Part shown: one piece after another, positions 20,812 to 30,929 of the stretch
Numbering within the stretch: the first letter of the stretch is position 1
Layout of the letters: every line of letters begins with the position of its first letter
IMG/VR virus record: IMGVR_UViG_3300033153_005694
Location: 1 to 64,000 of that record
DNA: 64,000 bases
Origin: a virus
Strand: one strand, 5' to 3'
Notes under the pieces: model-generated
What the model saw: only the letters and a program-made list of their open reading frames with translations
What the model was told of the DNA's origin: nothing
Database searches by the model: none
Made by a program: the position numbers and the translations under genes

Positions 20812-21144
20812 ATGAGTATGAATAACCAAATCCAGAATGATGGAATGAATGACGAGCAACTTGTTGAAGTAGAGAACCAGTATTGGGTAGATATGCATAT
20901 ATCGCTTGAGAAATTGAAAAAGAATAAGGATTTCAAGAAAGTAGTCTTGGAAGGGTACTTTAAGGATAAAGCAATTAATGGTGTTAGCTTACTGGCTACG
21001 GACTACGTTAAACAGAATGGGTTAAGATCCGATGTGATGGAAAGTTTGATTGCTATTAGTAATCTAGAAGATTACTTTATCACGATTGATAACTTAGGTT
21101 CACCAACTCCAATGGACGACGAAGAGTCTGACGACGAGGAGTAG
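20812..21144 (+). CDS. N4 gp58-like protein
   Basis: LEKLKKNKDFKKVVLEGYFKD.A motif; lies between portal and scaffold. Confidence 0.7.
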   Translation: MSMNNQIQNDGMNDEQLVEVENQYWVDMHISLEKLKKNKDFKKVVLEGYFKDKAINGVSLLATDYVKQNGLRSDVMESLIAISNLEDYFITIDNLGSPTPMDDEESDDEE

Positions 21145-21147
21145 TAG

Positions 21148-22353
21148 ATGGATGAACTAACTCAAAATGAAGAAGAGCTATACGATCTAGATGATGAAGC
21201 AATGGAGGCAGCGTTTAAGGAAGCGAAAGCAGAATTAGCCTCTCCAGATACTCAGATAGAAGAAGATAACCAAGAAGTAGAAGAAGTAGAAGAAGTTGTT
21301 GAAAAAGAGACTATCGAAGATAACGATGAAGAAGGAATAGAAGAAGATCTGGAACACCCCGACGAGGACTCCGATGATAACAGTGATGAAAATGAAGTGA
21401 AAAAAGAGCCTGATGAGGATTCAGAAGATGAAGAGGGTAAGCTTGACGGAGAGCCTGAAGCAACTGAAGAACAAACCGAAGAAGATAAAAAAGAAGCTAA
21501 AGATGAATTACAACCAATAGAGAAATTACAGTTTAAGGCCAATGGTCAAGATTTCGAGTTTACAGTAGATGAGATGAAAGAACAGTTTGGAAGAGTATTC
21601 GGACAAGCTATGAATTATACTCAGAAGATGCAACAAATGAAACCGGATAGGAAGAAATTAGATGCAATACAGCAAGCTGGATTGAGTGACGAAGATGTAA
21701 ACTTAGCAATTGAACTATTGAAGGGTGATAAAGATGCGATTACTTCACTGATAAAGAGAACAGGTATAGATACCCTCGATTTAGACGTAGAGAATAGCAA
21801 GGACTATCAACCGCAAGATTATGGTCGGAATGAGACTGAACTTGCACTGAAAGATATAGAGGATGAGATTAGTCGAGATCCTGAATATAAGATTACACAT
21901 AACGTGCTTACAAAGCAGTGGGATGATAAGTCATGGAATGAAATGGCTAGTGATCCAAGTTTGATTAAGTTGCTGCATGTGGATGTTAAAAGTGGGATGT
22001 ATGATAAGATTAACCCTATAGCACAGAAGTTGAAGGTATATGGGAATGGTAGTAAGTCAGACCTAGATTACTATAAAGAAGCTGCTGGGCAATATTTTGC
22101 AGAGCAAGATAAAGTACGGGCAGAAGAGGCTAAGGTAGAAGAGCTAAAGTTAACTAGAGAGCAGGAAGAACAAAAACTTGCTGGTGTTAAAGCTAAACAA
22201 GAACAGAGACAAACTACCAAAGCAGCTGCTGTAAAACGAAAGGCTGCAGCCCCAAGTAAGAGTAAGGCTGGAACAAAGAAAACTATAGATTATCTAGATG
22301 AATCAGATGAAGCATTTGAAGAATGGTATAGTAAACTGCAAGATTCATTGTAA
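21148..22353 (+). CDS. Scaffold-like protein (N4 gp57-like)
   Basis: Very acidic N-half, FKANG..NYTQKMQ motif; directly precedes the capsid gene. Confidence 0.75.
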   Translation: MDELTQNEEELYDLDDEAMEAAFKEAKAELASPDTQIEEDNQEVEEVEEVVEKETIEDNDEEGIEEDLEHPDEDSDDNSDENEVKKEPDEDSEDEEGKLDGEPEATEEQTEEDKKEAKDELQPIEKLQFKANGQDFEFTVDEMKEQFGRVFGQAMNYTQKMQQMKPDRKKLDAIQQAGLSDEDVNLAIELLKGDKDAITSLIKRTGIDTLDLDVENSKDYQPQDYGRNETELALKDIEDEISRDPEYKITHNVLTKQWDDKSWNEMASDPSLIKLLHVDVKSGMYDKINPIAQKLKVYGNGSKSDLDYYKEAAGQYFAEQDKVRAEEAKVEELKLTREQEEQKLAGVKAKQEQRQTTKAAAVKRKAAAPSKSKAGTKKTIDYLDESDEAFEEWYSKLQDSL

Positions 22354-22385
22354 TCTTGTGGTGGCATAAATTAGGAGAATAAGTT

Positions 22386-23723
22386 ATGGCAACAAACGTA
22401 TATGGAAATGGTACTAATAGTACTGCTGGTGTGAATACAATTACGCATTATTACGACAGAGCAGGTATTAGAGCTGCAAATAGAGTAAATGTGTATGGAC
22501 AATGGGCAGATAAAAAATCTCAGCCTACAAAAATGGGTAAGACATTTAAGGTTTCAAAATTCTTACATATGTATGACAGAGCACAAAATGATGGTGACTT
22601 TGCAGGTAAAGGTTACTTAACAGCTAGATCAGCTGCAGATGTATCAGCTGCTCTAACAGGTGCTACATTATCAGAAGGTGCTGGTGCGGTTAACAAGAAA
22701 AGTATCTCTAAAGTAACTGTTGAAGCTACATTAGCTAGATATGGCGAAATGATTGACTATACAGATGAAGTAGAGTTGTTCTCAGAAGACTCAATGCAAG
22801 TTAAGTATAGAGAAGAACTAGGTGAATTGGCTAACTCTAGAGAAGAGGATTTAATTCAATTAGATATGTTAGGTACAGGTACAGTACTGTATTCAGGTAC
22901 AGCTACGTCTAAAATTGGTGTTGATACTAAGATCTCTTACGACCTAGTGAGAAAAGGTGTTAGAAAACTAGTTAGAAACAGAGCTAAGAAAAATACAAGT
23001 ATTGTTACAGGATCGACTAAAGTAGGTACTGCTCCAGTTGCTAAAGCATACTATGGTATTATCGGTGCTGACGTTAAATCTGATTTAGAGTCAATTACTA
23101 GAGGTACAGACGGTGCTAAAGAATTTACATACCAACCAGCTCATAAATATGCAGGTGCTGCAAGTTTAGCTGAAGGCGAAGTAGGTGCAATGCATGAAGT
23201 TAGATTTATCGAAGCTGAAGGTGCTGTTGTATATAGAGGTGAAGGTTCTGGTGTTATTAGCGATACTCAAGAAACTGCTGCTACAACTATAGTTAGTTCT
23301 GCTGTACAAAATACAGGCGCTGCTGCTACAACTACTTACACTACTGGGAATGATAATTCTGCTGAGAGATTTGCTGCAATTTTAGCAGCTAGAGGGTCTG
23401 TTGTGTACGTTGATGCTTCTGATAGTAATAATATCAAAGAAGCTACTGTAATTGGTGATACTGATATTGGTGGAACTGGTTCTGATGTACTTATTAATGA
23501 GTACTTTGATGCGTATCCTATTCTTTTCCCAACTGAAGGTTCATTTGCAACTGTTGGTCTAAAAGGTAAAGGTAAGATTAAATTTAACTCTAAAGCACCA
23601 GATGCTGTTGAATTATCTAACCCATATGGGACACAAGGTTTCTTCTCATATAACTTCTGGTACGCTGGATTGATTTTACAAGAAGAAAAACTATTAAAAA
23701 TCTTAGTTGCTGCTTCAGTATAA
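22386..23723 (+). CDS. Major capsid protein (N4 gp56 family)
   Basis: L.EGAG.VN, RYG..DYT, LVRNRA.K.T, KYA....GEVG, NPYG..GF.S motifs. Confidence 0.92.
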   Translation: MATNVYGNGTNSTAGVNTITHYYDRAGIRAANRVNVYGQWADKKSQPTKMGKTFKVSKFLHMYDRAQNDGDFAGKGYLTARSAADVSAALTGATLSEGAGAVNKKSISKVTVEATLARYGEMIDYTDEVELFSEDSMQVKYREELGELANSREEDLIQLDMLGTGTVLYSGTATSKIGVDTKISYDLVRKGVRKLVRNRAKKNTSIVTGSTKVGTAPVAKAYYGIIGADVKSDLESITRGTDGAKEFTYQPAHKYAGAASLAEGEVGAMHEVRFIEAEGAVVYRGEGSGVISDTQETAATTIVSSAVQNTGAAATTTYTTGNDNSAERFAAILAARGSVVYVDASDSNNIKEATVIGDTDIGGTGSDVLINEYFDAYPILFPTEGSFATVGLKGKGKIKFNSKAPDAVELSNPYGTQGFFSYNFWYAGLILQEEKLLKILVAASV

Positions 23724-23734
23724 TAAGATAAGGT

Positions 23735-23752
23735 GAGGGGGGTGACCCTCTC
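23735..23752 (+). terminator. Possible stem-loop after the capsid gene
   Basis: gaggg..ccctc inverted repeat; lacks a clear U-tract. Confidence 0.35.
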
Positions 23753-23786
23753 GGCACACTAAACAACCAAATAAGGATTTAGAAAA

Positions 23787-24296
23787 ATGAGTTTACAAGA
23801 ATTAAAAGTAGAAGCTAAAGAACTAGGTATTGATTTTAGCGCTAATATTGGAGAGAAGAAACTTCAAGCAAAGATTGATGAGTTTTATGAGTTACAAGAG
23901 ACTTCAGGTGCTGAGATTGAAGCAGCTGTAGAAGCAAATGAAGCAGAAAAGGCAAACCAAGAAGAGACTAATGAGAAGCCTGCTGTAACTGGTAAAAAAG
24001 GTAAGAGAACACTGCAAGATAGAGCAGCTCAAGCAAAAAAAGAAGCAACGGCAACTAGAGTTGTTACTATTATTGATAATGATCAGAGGGTTAATAACCA
24101 GACTACAACATGTACTATAAATTGTAGTAATGAGTATTTCGACCTAGGTACAAGGATTACCCCATTAAATGAACCTGTCGAATTAGAACAAGGATTTATT
24201 AATTCGTTGAGAGAAGTAAAGATTCCTCAGCATATTAAAGATCCAGCTACAGGATTGAGTAGAATTACTATGAGAAATAGATATACGATATCGTAG
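23787..24296 (+). CDS. N4 gp55-like protein
   Basis: LK.EAKELGI.FS.NIG..KL..KI N-terminus; follows the capsid gene. Confidence 0.7.
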   Translation: MSLQELKVEAKELGIDFSANIGEKKLQAKIDEFYELQETSGAEIEAAVEANEAEKANQEETNEKPAVTGKKGKRTLQDRAAQAKKEATATRVVTIIDNDQRVNNQTTTCTINCSNEYFDLGTRITPLNEPVELEQGFINSLREVKIPQHIKDPATGLSRITMRNRYTIS

Positions 24297-24300
24297 TTAT

Positions 24301-24327
24301 ATAAACTCTTCTTAAGGAAGAGTTTAT
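24301..24327. terminator. 11-bp hairpin, probable terminator
   Basis: ataaactcttc ttaag gaagagtttat. Confidence 0.6.
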
Positions 24328-24367
24328 TATGATTATGGTATAATGAGAAAAATATATAGGAGAAAAT

Positions 24368-24739
24368 ATGAGTTGTAATATTGATAAGTTTGTTTTAACA
24401 AAAGGACTAGATAACGATTTTGTATTAACAATAAAACAAACAGGTACAACTCTTCCTATGGAAATAGATGAGGTTAATGATACTTTTGCTGCGAAGCTGA
24501 TTAATCTAGAAACAGAAGCAACTGTATTGACTACTGAAATAGTGATTACTGTAAGTGATGCTTTAGGTGGTAAGATTAATCTGCAGTTTACTCAAGCAGA
24601 TATAGATGCGTTAGATGCTGAACGAGGAGAAAAGGTAGATCGCTATTACTTGAAGCCTACGTATAAGCTATTGCTAGATTGTAGTACTACAAATAATGGT
24701 GACTTTATAGCGAAAATACCTCTGGTATATGTGGAATAG
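24368..24739 (+). CDS. Virion structural protein (Ig/BppU-like)
   Basis: Beta-rich, DALGGKI.L.FT..D pattern. Confidence 0.5.
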   Translation: MSCNIDKFVLTKGLDNDFVLTIKQTGTTLPMEIDEVNDTFAAKLINLETEATVLTTEIVITVSDALGGKINLQFTQADIDALDAERGEKVDRYYLKPTYKLLLDCSTTNNGDFIAKIPLVYVE

Positions 24740-24743
24740 CTAG

Positions 24744-26195
24744 ATGAGTGATATCGTAGTTAGTGAGACAGAACTAGAATTAGAAAAGCATGAGATTACA
24801 AAACAAGCAGACCTAGATGTCTGTGTGGTTGATGATGAGACTTTAGAGATAACAGCGGCTAAGAAAGAGTATTCGATTGTTGGAGATGCTCTTTACGCAA
24901 GTGTAAGTGCAGAAGATGCTCCTCAATGGTTAACTAGTATAATTGACAGTGTTGTTGGGGGTATTGTTAATACTAAGGTTGCTGAGTTAGATGAGGCAAT
25001 AGCTTCGATTAATCAATCACTAAGTGAATTAGCGGTAGCTAAGAATCAATATGCAGAATTGATTAACATAGAAGAAACTATAGATAGTGTAATAACTAGT
25101 AAGTTAGAGACGTTAAATGCTACAGTTGGGACTAATGCTGCTAATATAGTAGATTTAGATGTAACAAAGGCTACACCTACAGAAGCGTTAGCGATTAGTA
25201 CTGAACATTTAAATTCTGAGATTGATAGTGGAGAAATAGCTAGTTTAGTTACGGGTTTAGAGACTACAATAGCTACTGGAGATAGTACTAATGCTGCTAG
25301 TATAAGTGCTTTGAATAGTACGTATAACAATAACTATGCTACGGTAAGTGAGGTACTATCGTCAACTGCGGATGAGTTTGGTGTAGAAGCTAATGCGATA
25401 GTAGACCTAGGTGGTACACTAGTTGATGATGGTGGAACTATACGGGCTACAGGTGGAGCTATTGATACATTAAAGACAGAAATAGAAGATGGTACGGTAG
25501 TATTATCAGATGTAACAGAGTTACAAGGATACTTAAATGATCCAGATGCTCCATGGCAAGGTGGTAGTTCAACATTGAGTCAGAAGTTAGCTATAACTGA
25601 AGATAACGTAGAAGCTAAGTTTGAGTATGCTTCGACTGTACGTATGGGAGGATCTAACTATACTAGTGCATTCGGTATGACAAATTCAGCTGGGACTGCT
25701 CCAGGAAGTGAATTCTGGATTAATGCAGATAAGTTTAAGTTTACTAATGATGGTAAGACTGGAAGTAATGCTGCATTTAGTATAGATGCTAGTGGAGCAA
25801 CTCCTCAGGTGACGTTTAATGGAGTAGTCAGTTTTACTAATGTAGATGGAGCTCCTACTCATACGAGTGGAAGCAGTAATCCAGTAAGTACATCACAACC
25901 AATAGGGTCTACTTATCATCAAACTACTGTAGATAGTTTATGGACGTATACAAGTAGCGGTTGGGTAGAAGGTGGGGATCCAGATGCTATTACTGCTGCT
26001 GATCTTGGTTCTGGTGGTACTACGGTTATTGATGGTGGTAGGATTAGTACAGGTACAATAGATGCAACTAACGTTAATGTTACAAATTTAGATGCTACTG
26101 AGTTAACTACGGGTGTAATATATAATGCTGGCGGAAGTGCCGGAAGCTACACAATGAAAATTGATTTAAATGCAGGTGAGATACATATAAAATGA
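24744..26195 (+). CDS. Tail tip/fibre protein (DUF1983-like C-terminus)
   Basis: Coiled coil followed by SEFWINADKFKF and TVIDGGRISTG. Confidence 0.65.
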   Translation: MSDIVVSETELELEKHEITKQADLDVCVVDDETLEITAAKKEYSIVGDALYASVSAEDAPQWLTSIIDSVVGGIVNTKVAELDEAIASINQSLSELAVAKNQYAELINIEETIDSVITSKLETLNATVGTNAANIVDLDVTKATPTEALAISTEHLNSEIDSGEIASLVTGLETTIATGDSTNAASISALNSTYNNNYATVSEVLSSTADEFGVEANAIVDLGGTLVDDGGTIRATGGAIDTLKTEIEDGTVVLSDVTELQGYLNDPDAPWQGGSSTLSQKLAITEDNVEAKFEYASTVRMGGSNYTSAFGMTNSAGTAPGSEFWINADKFKFTNDGKTGSNAAFSIDASGATPQVTFNGVVSFTNVDGAPTHTSGSSNPVSTSQPIGSTYHQTTVDSLWTYTSSGWVEGGDPDAITAADLGSGGTTVIDGGRISTGTIDATNVNVTNLDATELTTGVIYNAGGSAGSYTMKIDLNAGEIHIK

Positions 26196-27331
26196 GTTTA
26201 TTTATAGGTAAAGATAATTCAAGTGATAACATTATGCACATAACTAAAGATGAAACAAGTTTAGCTGGTATGAAGAATGGTTCTATATCTTCAACTATTT
26301 TTCATAGTGATTTTGAATACTTAATACACTGTGAGTATGAAGCATTAGACTATCAATTTAAACCAGCTTACGATGTCGATTACAATTCTGGCTACCCTTC
26401 CGCCACTATAATAGATTTTGGAGAAGAATTTGCAGATAAAGTAGCCGATGGCCATACATTTCTTATAGAAGTAGGTTCTGAAATTTATTTTCAAATAGCA
26501 GGAGACTGGAGACTACATGATCAAGTAGACCTCGAAAGAGAAATATATCCAACTGAATGGTACGCTAGTGTCTCTGATGGGCAGAATAGTAGTAGATCTT
26601 TTACACCTACAGATACTAAGAAGTGTGTATTAATATGGTATACGTCATCTTCTGATACTCAATTTAAAGCTTACGTACTTAACCTTAATACCACTACTGC
26701 AGAACTTATATATCCATCATTTACATCTGATGAAGTAGTTGTAAATTCAAATGAACTTACAGTTAGAGGTATAGATTTACCTAATTTACGGTACGTGTCT
26801 ACTGAGGTCATAAATGGTGTAGACCTAGAAAGATCTACGCATAATCTAAATTTACAGTTTATTAACTCTGTACCTAGTTCAGGTAGTATAACATTACAAT
26901 CTGAAGCAGAAGGAAATACTAAAGTAAAAAAAGGAACTAAAACTATATTTACTACCGAATTTGGTATTAACAAACTACGTCTTGATGGAGTTGAATACAA
27001 TAACTTTACTAACTATAGGGTATATGGTGACCAAACAAGGTTAGCAGAAATTGGTTCAGGTTTAAGCACAGGTGACATTATTTTAGTTGGCTGTACTGAA
27101 GAACTGAATGCTGGGCAGGATTATTTATATTATCCTGTTTTATTTAAGTACCAAGAAAACTATTCAGTAATGGTTTATAAAGATACTTCTAAAGCTAATT
27201 CTGAAAGATATTGGTGGTTTACAACCTTTAACGGTAAAGTGTACTTAAAAATACAGTTTACCCATACCCTTGGTAGTAATACTTATATAGCATGGCATTC
27301 TATTAGAACTGCTGCTTTTAAGTTTAAATAA
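26192..27331 (+). CDS. Putative tail-tip/receptor-binding protein
   Basis: Coupled to the previous gene; IFHSDF.Y motif; aromatic and beta-rich. Confidence 0.5.
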   Translation: MSLFIGKDNSSDNIMHITKDETSLAGMKNGSISSTIFHSDFEYLIHCEYEALDYQFKPAYDVDYNSGYPSATIIDFGEEFADKVADGHTFLIEVGSEIYFQIAGDWRLHDQVDLEREIYPTEWYASVSDGQNSSRSFTPTDTKKCVLIWYTSSSDTQFKAYVLNLNTTTAELIYPSFTSDEVVVNSNELTVRGIDLPNLRYVSTEVINGVDLERSTHNLNLQFINSVPSSGSITLQSEAEGNTKVKKGTKTIFTTEFGINKLRLDGVEYNNFTNYRVYGDQTRLAEIGSGLSTGDIILVGCTEELNAGQDYLYYPVLFKYQENYSVMVYKDTSKANSERYWWFTTFNGKVYLKIQFTHTLGSNTYIAWHSIRTAAFKFK

Positions 27332-27372
27332 TTTAAAGTAATAACCAATAAAATAAAATAAAAGGAAAATAA

Positions 27373-27909
27373 ATGGCAACTATATCAAATGGGTACTTGT
27401 ATTGGATACACCTTCCAGAACATACAGATATAAATACACAAGGGTACGTTGGAATTACTAATAATATACAGGAAAGGTTTCGTATACATAGAAATTCCTA
27501 TACGGATAATTGTAAGTGTATAAGCAGAGCCATAAAAAAGTACGGTAATTCTTTAGTATATGACGTAATTTTTACGGGCCCATATGAAGGATGTTTACAG
27601 TTAGAGAACTACTTCCGACCAGCTTTAAATACTGGGTGGAATATAGCGATCGGAGATGGAAAAACAACTTTAGGCCTGAAATGTCATAGTAATTGTATAA
27701 AAGCATTAAAGAAAGCAAATTCTAAAAGTGCGAATATATATAAATATAAGACTAATATTCTTATAGCCGAAAATGTAATAGTGGCAGAATGGGCTAGAAA
27801 TAATGGTTGTATTAAATCATGCTTATGTAGAACAGCTAATCAGGCAGAAGGACGTAAGCAGCATAAAGGGTATTATATAAAATACAATAATAATAAGGAA
27901 AATAAATGA
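27373..27909 (+). mobile_element. GIY-YIG homing endonuclease
   Basis: YLYWI..GYVGITNN..RF..H..AIKKYG..E...RP..GWN; NUMOD-like C-terminus. Confidence 0.88.
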
Positions 27910-28757
27910 CAATATCAATAACAAGTGAGTTAGACGTACTAAATAAGTACCAACAATTAATAGATCAATCACTAGGTGGATCTTCAATATATATCAGAAC
28001 TAAGGAAACTATCCAAGCGCTGTTTGACAATGGGGACATTAAAGATGATGATAAAGCTGCGGTGATATCGCAGGTATTGAGTGCATTAAATACTAGTTTA
28101 GTAAATACGAGTATGACTACTGCACTGCAATGGGCTTCAGGTGAAAAAGATATAGCACTTAAGAAGCTGGAATTAGAGAAGACACTAGATATACTAGATA
28201 AAGAACTAGCCCTTAAAGCAGCACAAGCAGATAAGATGGTAAGTGATGACTTGCTAGCTCAAGCAAGCAATTTGAGACAGAATGGTGCTGCAACAGTAAT
28301 AGACGGTAAAGTAGTTGCGTTAAGTGATGAAGGTAAAGTATGGACTGATATGCAGTTAATAGAGCAGAATACTGAGAATGCTATAGCCGAAGAGAGTTTA
28401 ATTACAGCTAAAGAAACTGAAGTGAATGCTGGGATACATAAGATAGTTGCAGATACATATGTAAACTATGGAGTATATAGTGGATATAACATAACTAACA
28501 CAGGTGTGACAGGTATAACTGATATAACACCGGTAGGATATGATACATTGAGTGACCTACAAGCTGTGATAGCTAAAGAGCAAGCTAAAGGATATGCATA
28601 TAATGCTTGGAGTAACGCGGCAAGTGGGCTAGGTAGCACAATTGGTGTAGCATTAACGAGTGAGACAGACATCTTTACAGGTGATGGTGAAGGGTTATTG
28701 GCTAGTTGGAAGACTACAGTTGATAACCTAAGAGATGTAACAGCTCCTACATTTTAA
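27906..28757 (+). CDS. Virion structural protein (N4 gp54-like position)
   Basis: Helical, no enzyme motifs, synteny before the ejection proteins. Confidence 0.55.
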   Translation: MTISITSELDVLNKYQQLIDQSLGGSSIYIRTKETIQALFDNGDIKDDDKAAVISQVLSALNTSLVNTSMTTALQWASGEKDIALKKLELEKTLDILDKELALKAAQADKMVSDDLLAQASNLRQNGAATVIDGKVVALSDEGKVWTDMQLIEQNTENAIAEESLITAKETEVNAGIHKIVADTYVNYGVYSGYNITNTGVTGITDITPVGYDTLSDLQAVIAKEQAKGYAYNAWSNAASGLGSTIGVALTSETDIFTGDGEGLLASWKTTVDNLRDVTAPTF

Positions 28758-28765
28758 AGAGTAAT

Positions 28766-30469
28766 GTGAAGAAGCCACAGATAGACATATACCCTACGCA
28801 AGTGCAGGACCACTTGAATGAGGTAGGGTTTAAAAATAAATTCTTAAGGTATTGGGGACATGATGGCAGTATACTAACCGAAAAGCATTACTACTACCCT
28901 AATATAAGCGAAAATGATAAAAAGCTATTTAAGTTATTAGGTGTATATAAAGATTTAAAAGCTGCGCAAGGGCAGATGGAGGGAATAGATAAAGCTTGGA
29001 TGTACTTAAATCCAAGTAAAGAAGGGGTAGTAGATTTAACCGAAGAAACACTAGTACAAGAGCTTGACTTCGATATTAATAGTGGGACATATACTTTAAA
29101 TATTACCTATAGTCCAACTCTAAAGAGAGTAGGTAATAATGCATACTACGGAAAAATGTATGTAGATACAGAAGATACTTTAGGGCTATTTAGTGAAGTT
29201 TATAAGAATCCTGATGGAACAATTAATGTTGATACTCTTGGGAATTATATAACGGCTAATTATGACGAAGTACTTAGTTCGTGTGTTGTAGAAGGTACTG
29301 AGCAGATAGATGATGAGACTGATGATACTGAGGCTGAGCTAATAAACTTAGTCACTATGTTTGTGTTAGGTGGGTCTGATGCATTTGTAGCTACTATAGA
29401 GGATATAAGCTATACTACAGTAAGTAAAACGTATGCATCAACTAGGTTATCTGCAGATGGAGATACCCAAGAAAAAATAGTGTACCCTTATTTAGAGCAA
29501 GCATTAAGTTTAGAGATTAATATAGAAAATATAGGTATAGTCACTGATACTGATCCCTTAGTAGCTAAAATTATAGAGTACAAGGATAAGCAACAAACAA
29601 TAAAAGATGCTGCCGCGGCTGATAAAGCTACTAATGGGCTATTGGGAGATATTTTATATAAGCAAAACCTAGTTAATAATAGTTTATGGACTGATAGTAG
29701 GCTTAATGTAGCTGCTTTTAGTAGTAATACCCTCAAGACTAAAGACTTAATTAAATTGGTAACTACTTCGCTAGATTCTGGTTATCGGAAGAAGAAGACA
29801 AAATGGTGGAAGAAAGTACTTACAATGATAGTATTTGTTTTAGTAATGGTTTATACTCCGTCTCTAGGGAAAGTCTTAGGGCTTCTTACTTCAACTTCAA
29901 GTGCAATAGCAGTAGCAGCAACCGGTGTAACGCTTGCTACATTAGCAGTAAGTCTTCTTAGTGTCGGAATGTCTGCATGGGGTGATGAAGCTGGGGCAAC
30001 TTTTGCTGGAAAGTTTGCCAAAAATGTTAGTGTATTAAGTACCTTTCTAGGAGTAACTGCTATGATATCAAGTATGGCTAATAATGTGCTTCAATATGGA
30101 GTGAAAGGAGTAATACAAACTGCTTTTAAAAAGTATACAACCGATTTAAGCCTTACCCAAGGATTAAAAATGGTTACTATGGTCGCTAATGCTTGGATGA
30201 AAAAAGACTTAAAAAAAGATATAAATAAGATGCAAGCGCTTGAAGCCCAAAATGCTGAGTATGCTAGGGCTGAGGAAGAGAATAATACAAGACATTTGGC
30301 GATGTTGTTTGCTAAAGGATATGCAGATGTACTAAATAAGGACTGTAACGATGATCAGTATGACTATCCGTATGAGGATTGGGGTACAAATATGCATATA
30401 GGGAATATACAGCGAACAAGTTGGCGATGGGAAAGAACCGGAGCTAAAGATGGTTTAAGGATAACTTAG
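28766..30469 (+). CDS. Virion/ejection protein with TM segments
   Basis: KKKTKWW followed by hydrophobic helices. Confidence 0.55.
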   Translation: MKKPQIDIYPTQVQDHLNEVGFKNKFLRYWGHDGSILTEKHYYYPNISENDKKLFKLLGVYKDLKAAQGQMEGIDKAWMYLNPSKEGVVDLTEETLVQELDFDINSGTYTLNITYSPTLKRVGNNAYYGKMYVDTEDTLGLFSEVYKNPDGTINVDTLGNYITANYDEVLSSCVVEGTEQIDDETDDTEAELINLVTMFVLGGSDAFVATIEDISYTTVSKTYASTRLSADGDTQEKIVYPYLEQALSLEINIENIGIVTDTDPLVAKIIEYKDKQQTIKDAAAADKATNGLLGDILYKQNLVNNSLWTDSRLNVAAFSSNTLKTKDLIKLVTTSLDSGYRKKKTKWWKKVLTMIVFVLVMVYTPSLGKVLGLLTSTSSAIAVAATGVTLATLAVSLLSVGMSAWGDEAGATFAGKFAKNVSVLSTFLGVTAMISSMANNVLQYGVKGVIQTAFKKYTTDLSLTQGLKMVTMVANAWMKKDLKKDINKMQALEAQNAEYARAEEENNTRHLAMLFAKGYADVLNKDCNDDQYDYPYEDWGTNMHIGNIQRTSWRWERTGAKDGLRIT

Positions 30470-30506
30470 TTATAATAAGTAAAAGTAGAATAAATAGGAG
30501 AATAAG

Positions 30507-30920
30507 ATGGAATGTGGTTTAAATAATCAAGGTCAATTTGTATGTGAAGGTTTAGGTGCGAGTGCATATGGAGCAACTATTAACAGTCCAATAGTGTCTG
30601 ATAATAGCTCAATAGTACCTAAAGGTGATATTGGGAATGTAGGTCCTACACAAGTTACGGCGGATATCATGAAAGATTATATTCCTGGTGTAAGTGGAGG
30701 TGGTTGGTTTACGCAGAATAAAGGTATGATAGACGCAGGATTAGGATTAGGGCAACTAGGACTAGGTTATCTAGGATATCAAAGCCAGAAGAAACAAATA
30801 GCAAGTAATATAGCGGATGCTGAACAGCGAAGAAGATTGAATGAAGAAGCTGCACAAAACAAAAGAAATATACAAGCTAAAGCACAGAGTGTCTTTGGCG
30901 GTACGCCGTATACTGCATAA
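30507..30920 (+). CDS. Small ejection-type virion protein
   Basis: GLGLGQLGLGYLG glycine zipper then coiled coil. Promoter at 30455-30476. Confidence 0.55.
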   Translation: MECGLNNQGQFVCEGLGASAYGATINSPIVSDNSSIVPKGDIGNVGPTQVTADIMKDYIPGVSGGGWFTQNKGMIDAGLGLGQLGLGYLGYQSQKKQIASNIADAEQRRRLNEEAAQNKRNIQAKAQSVFGGTPYTA

Positions 30921-30929
30921 AGGTAAAAT

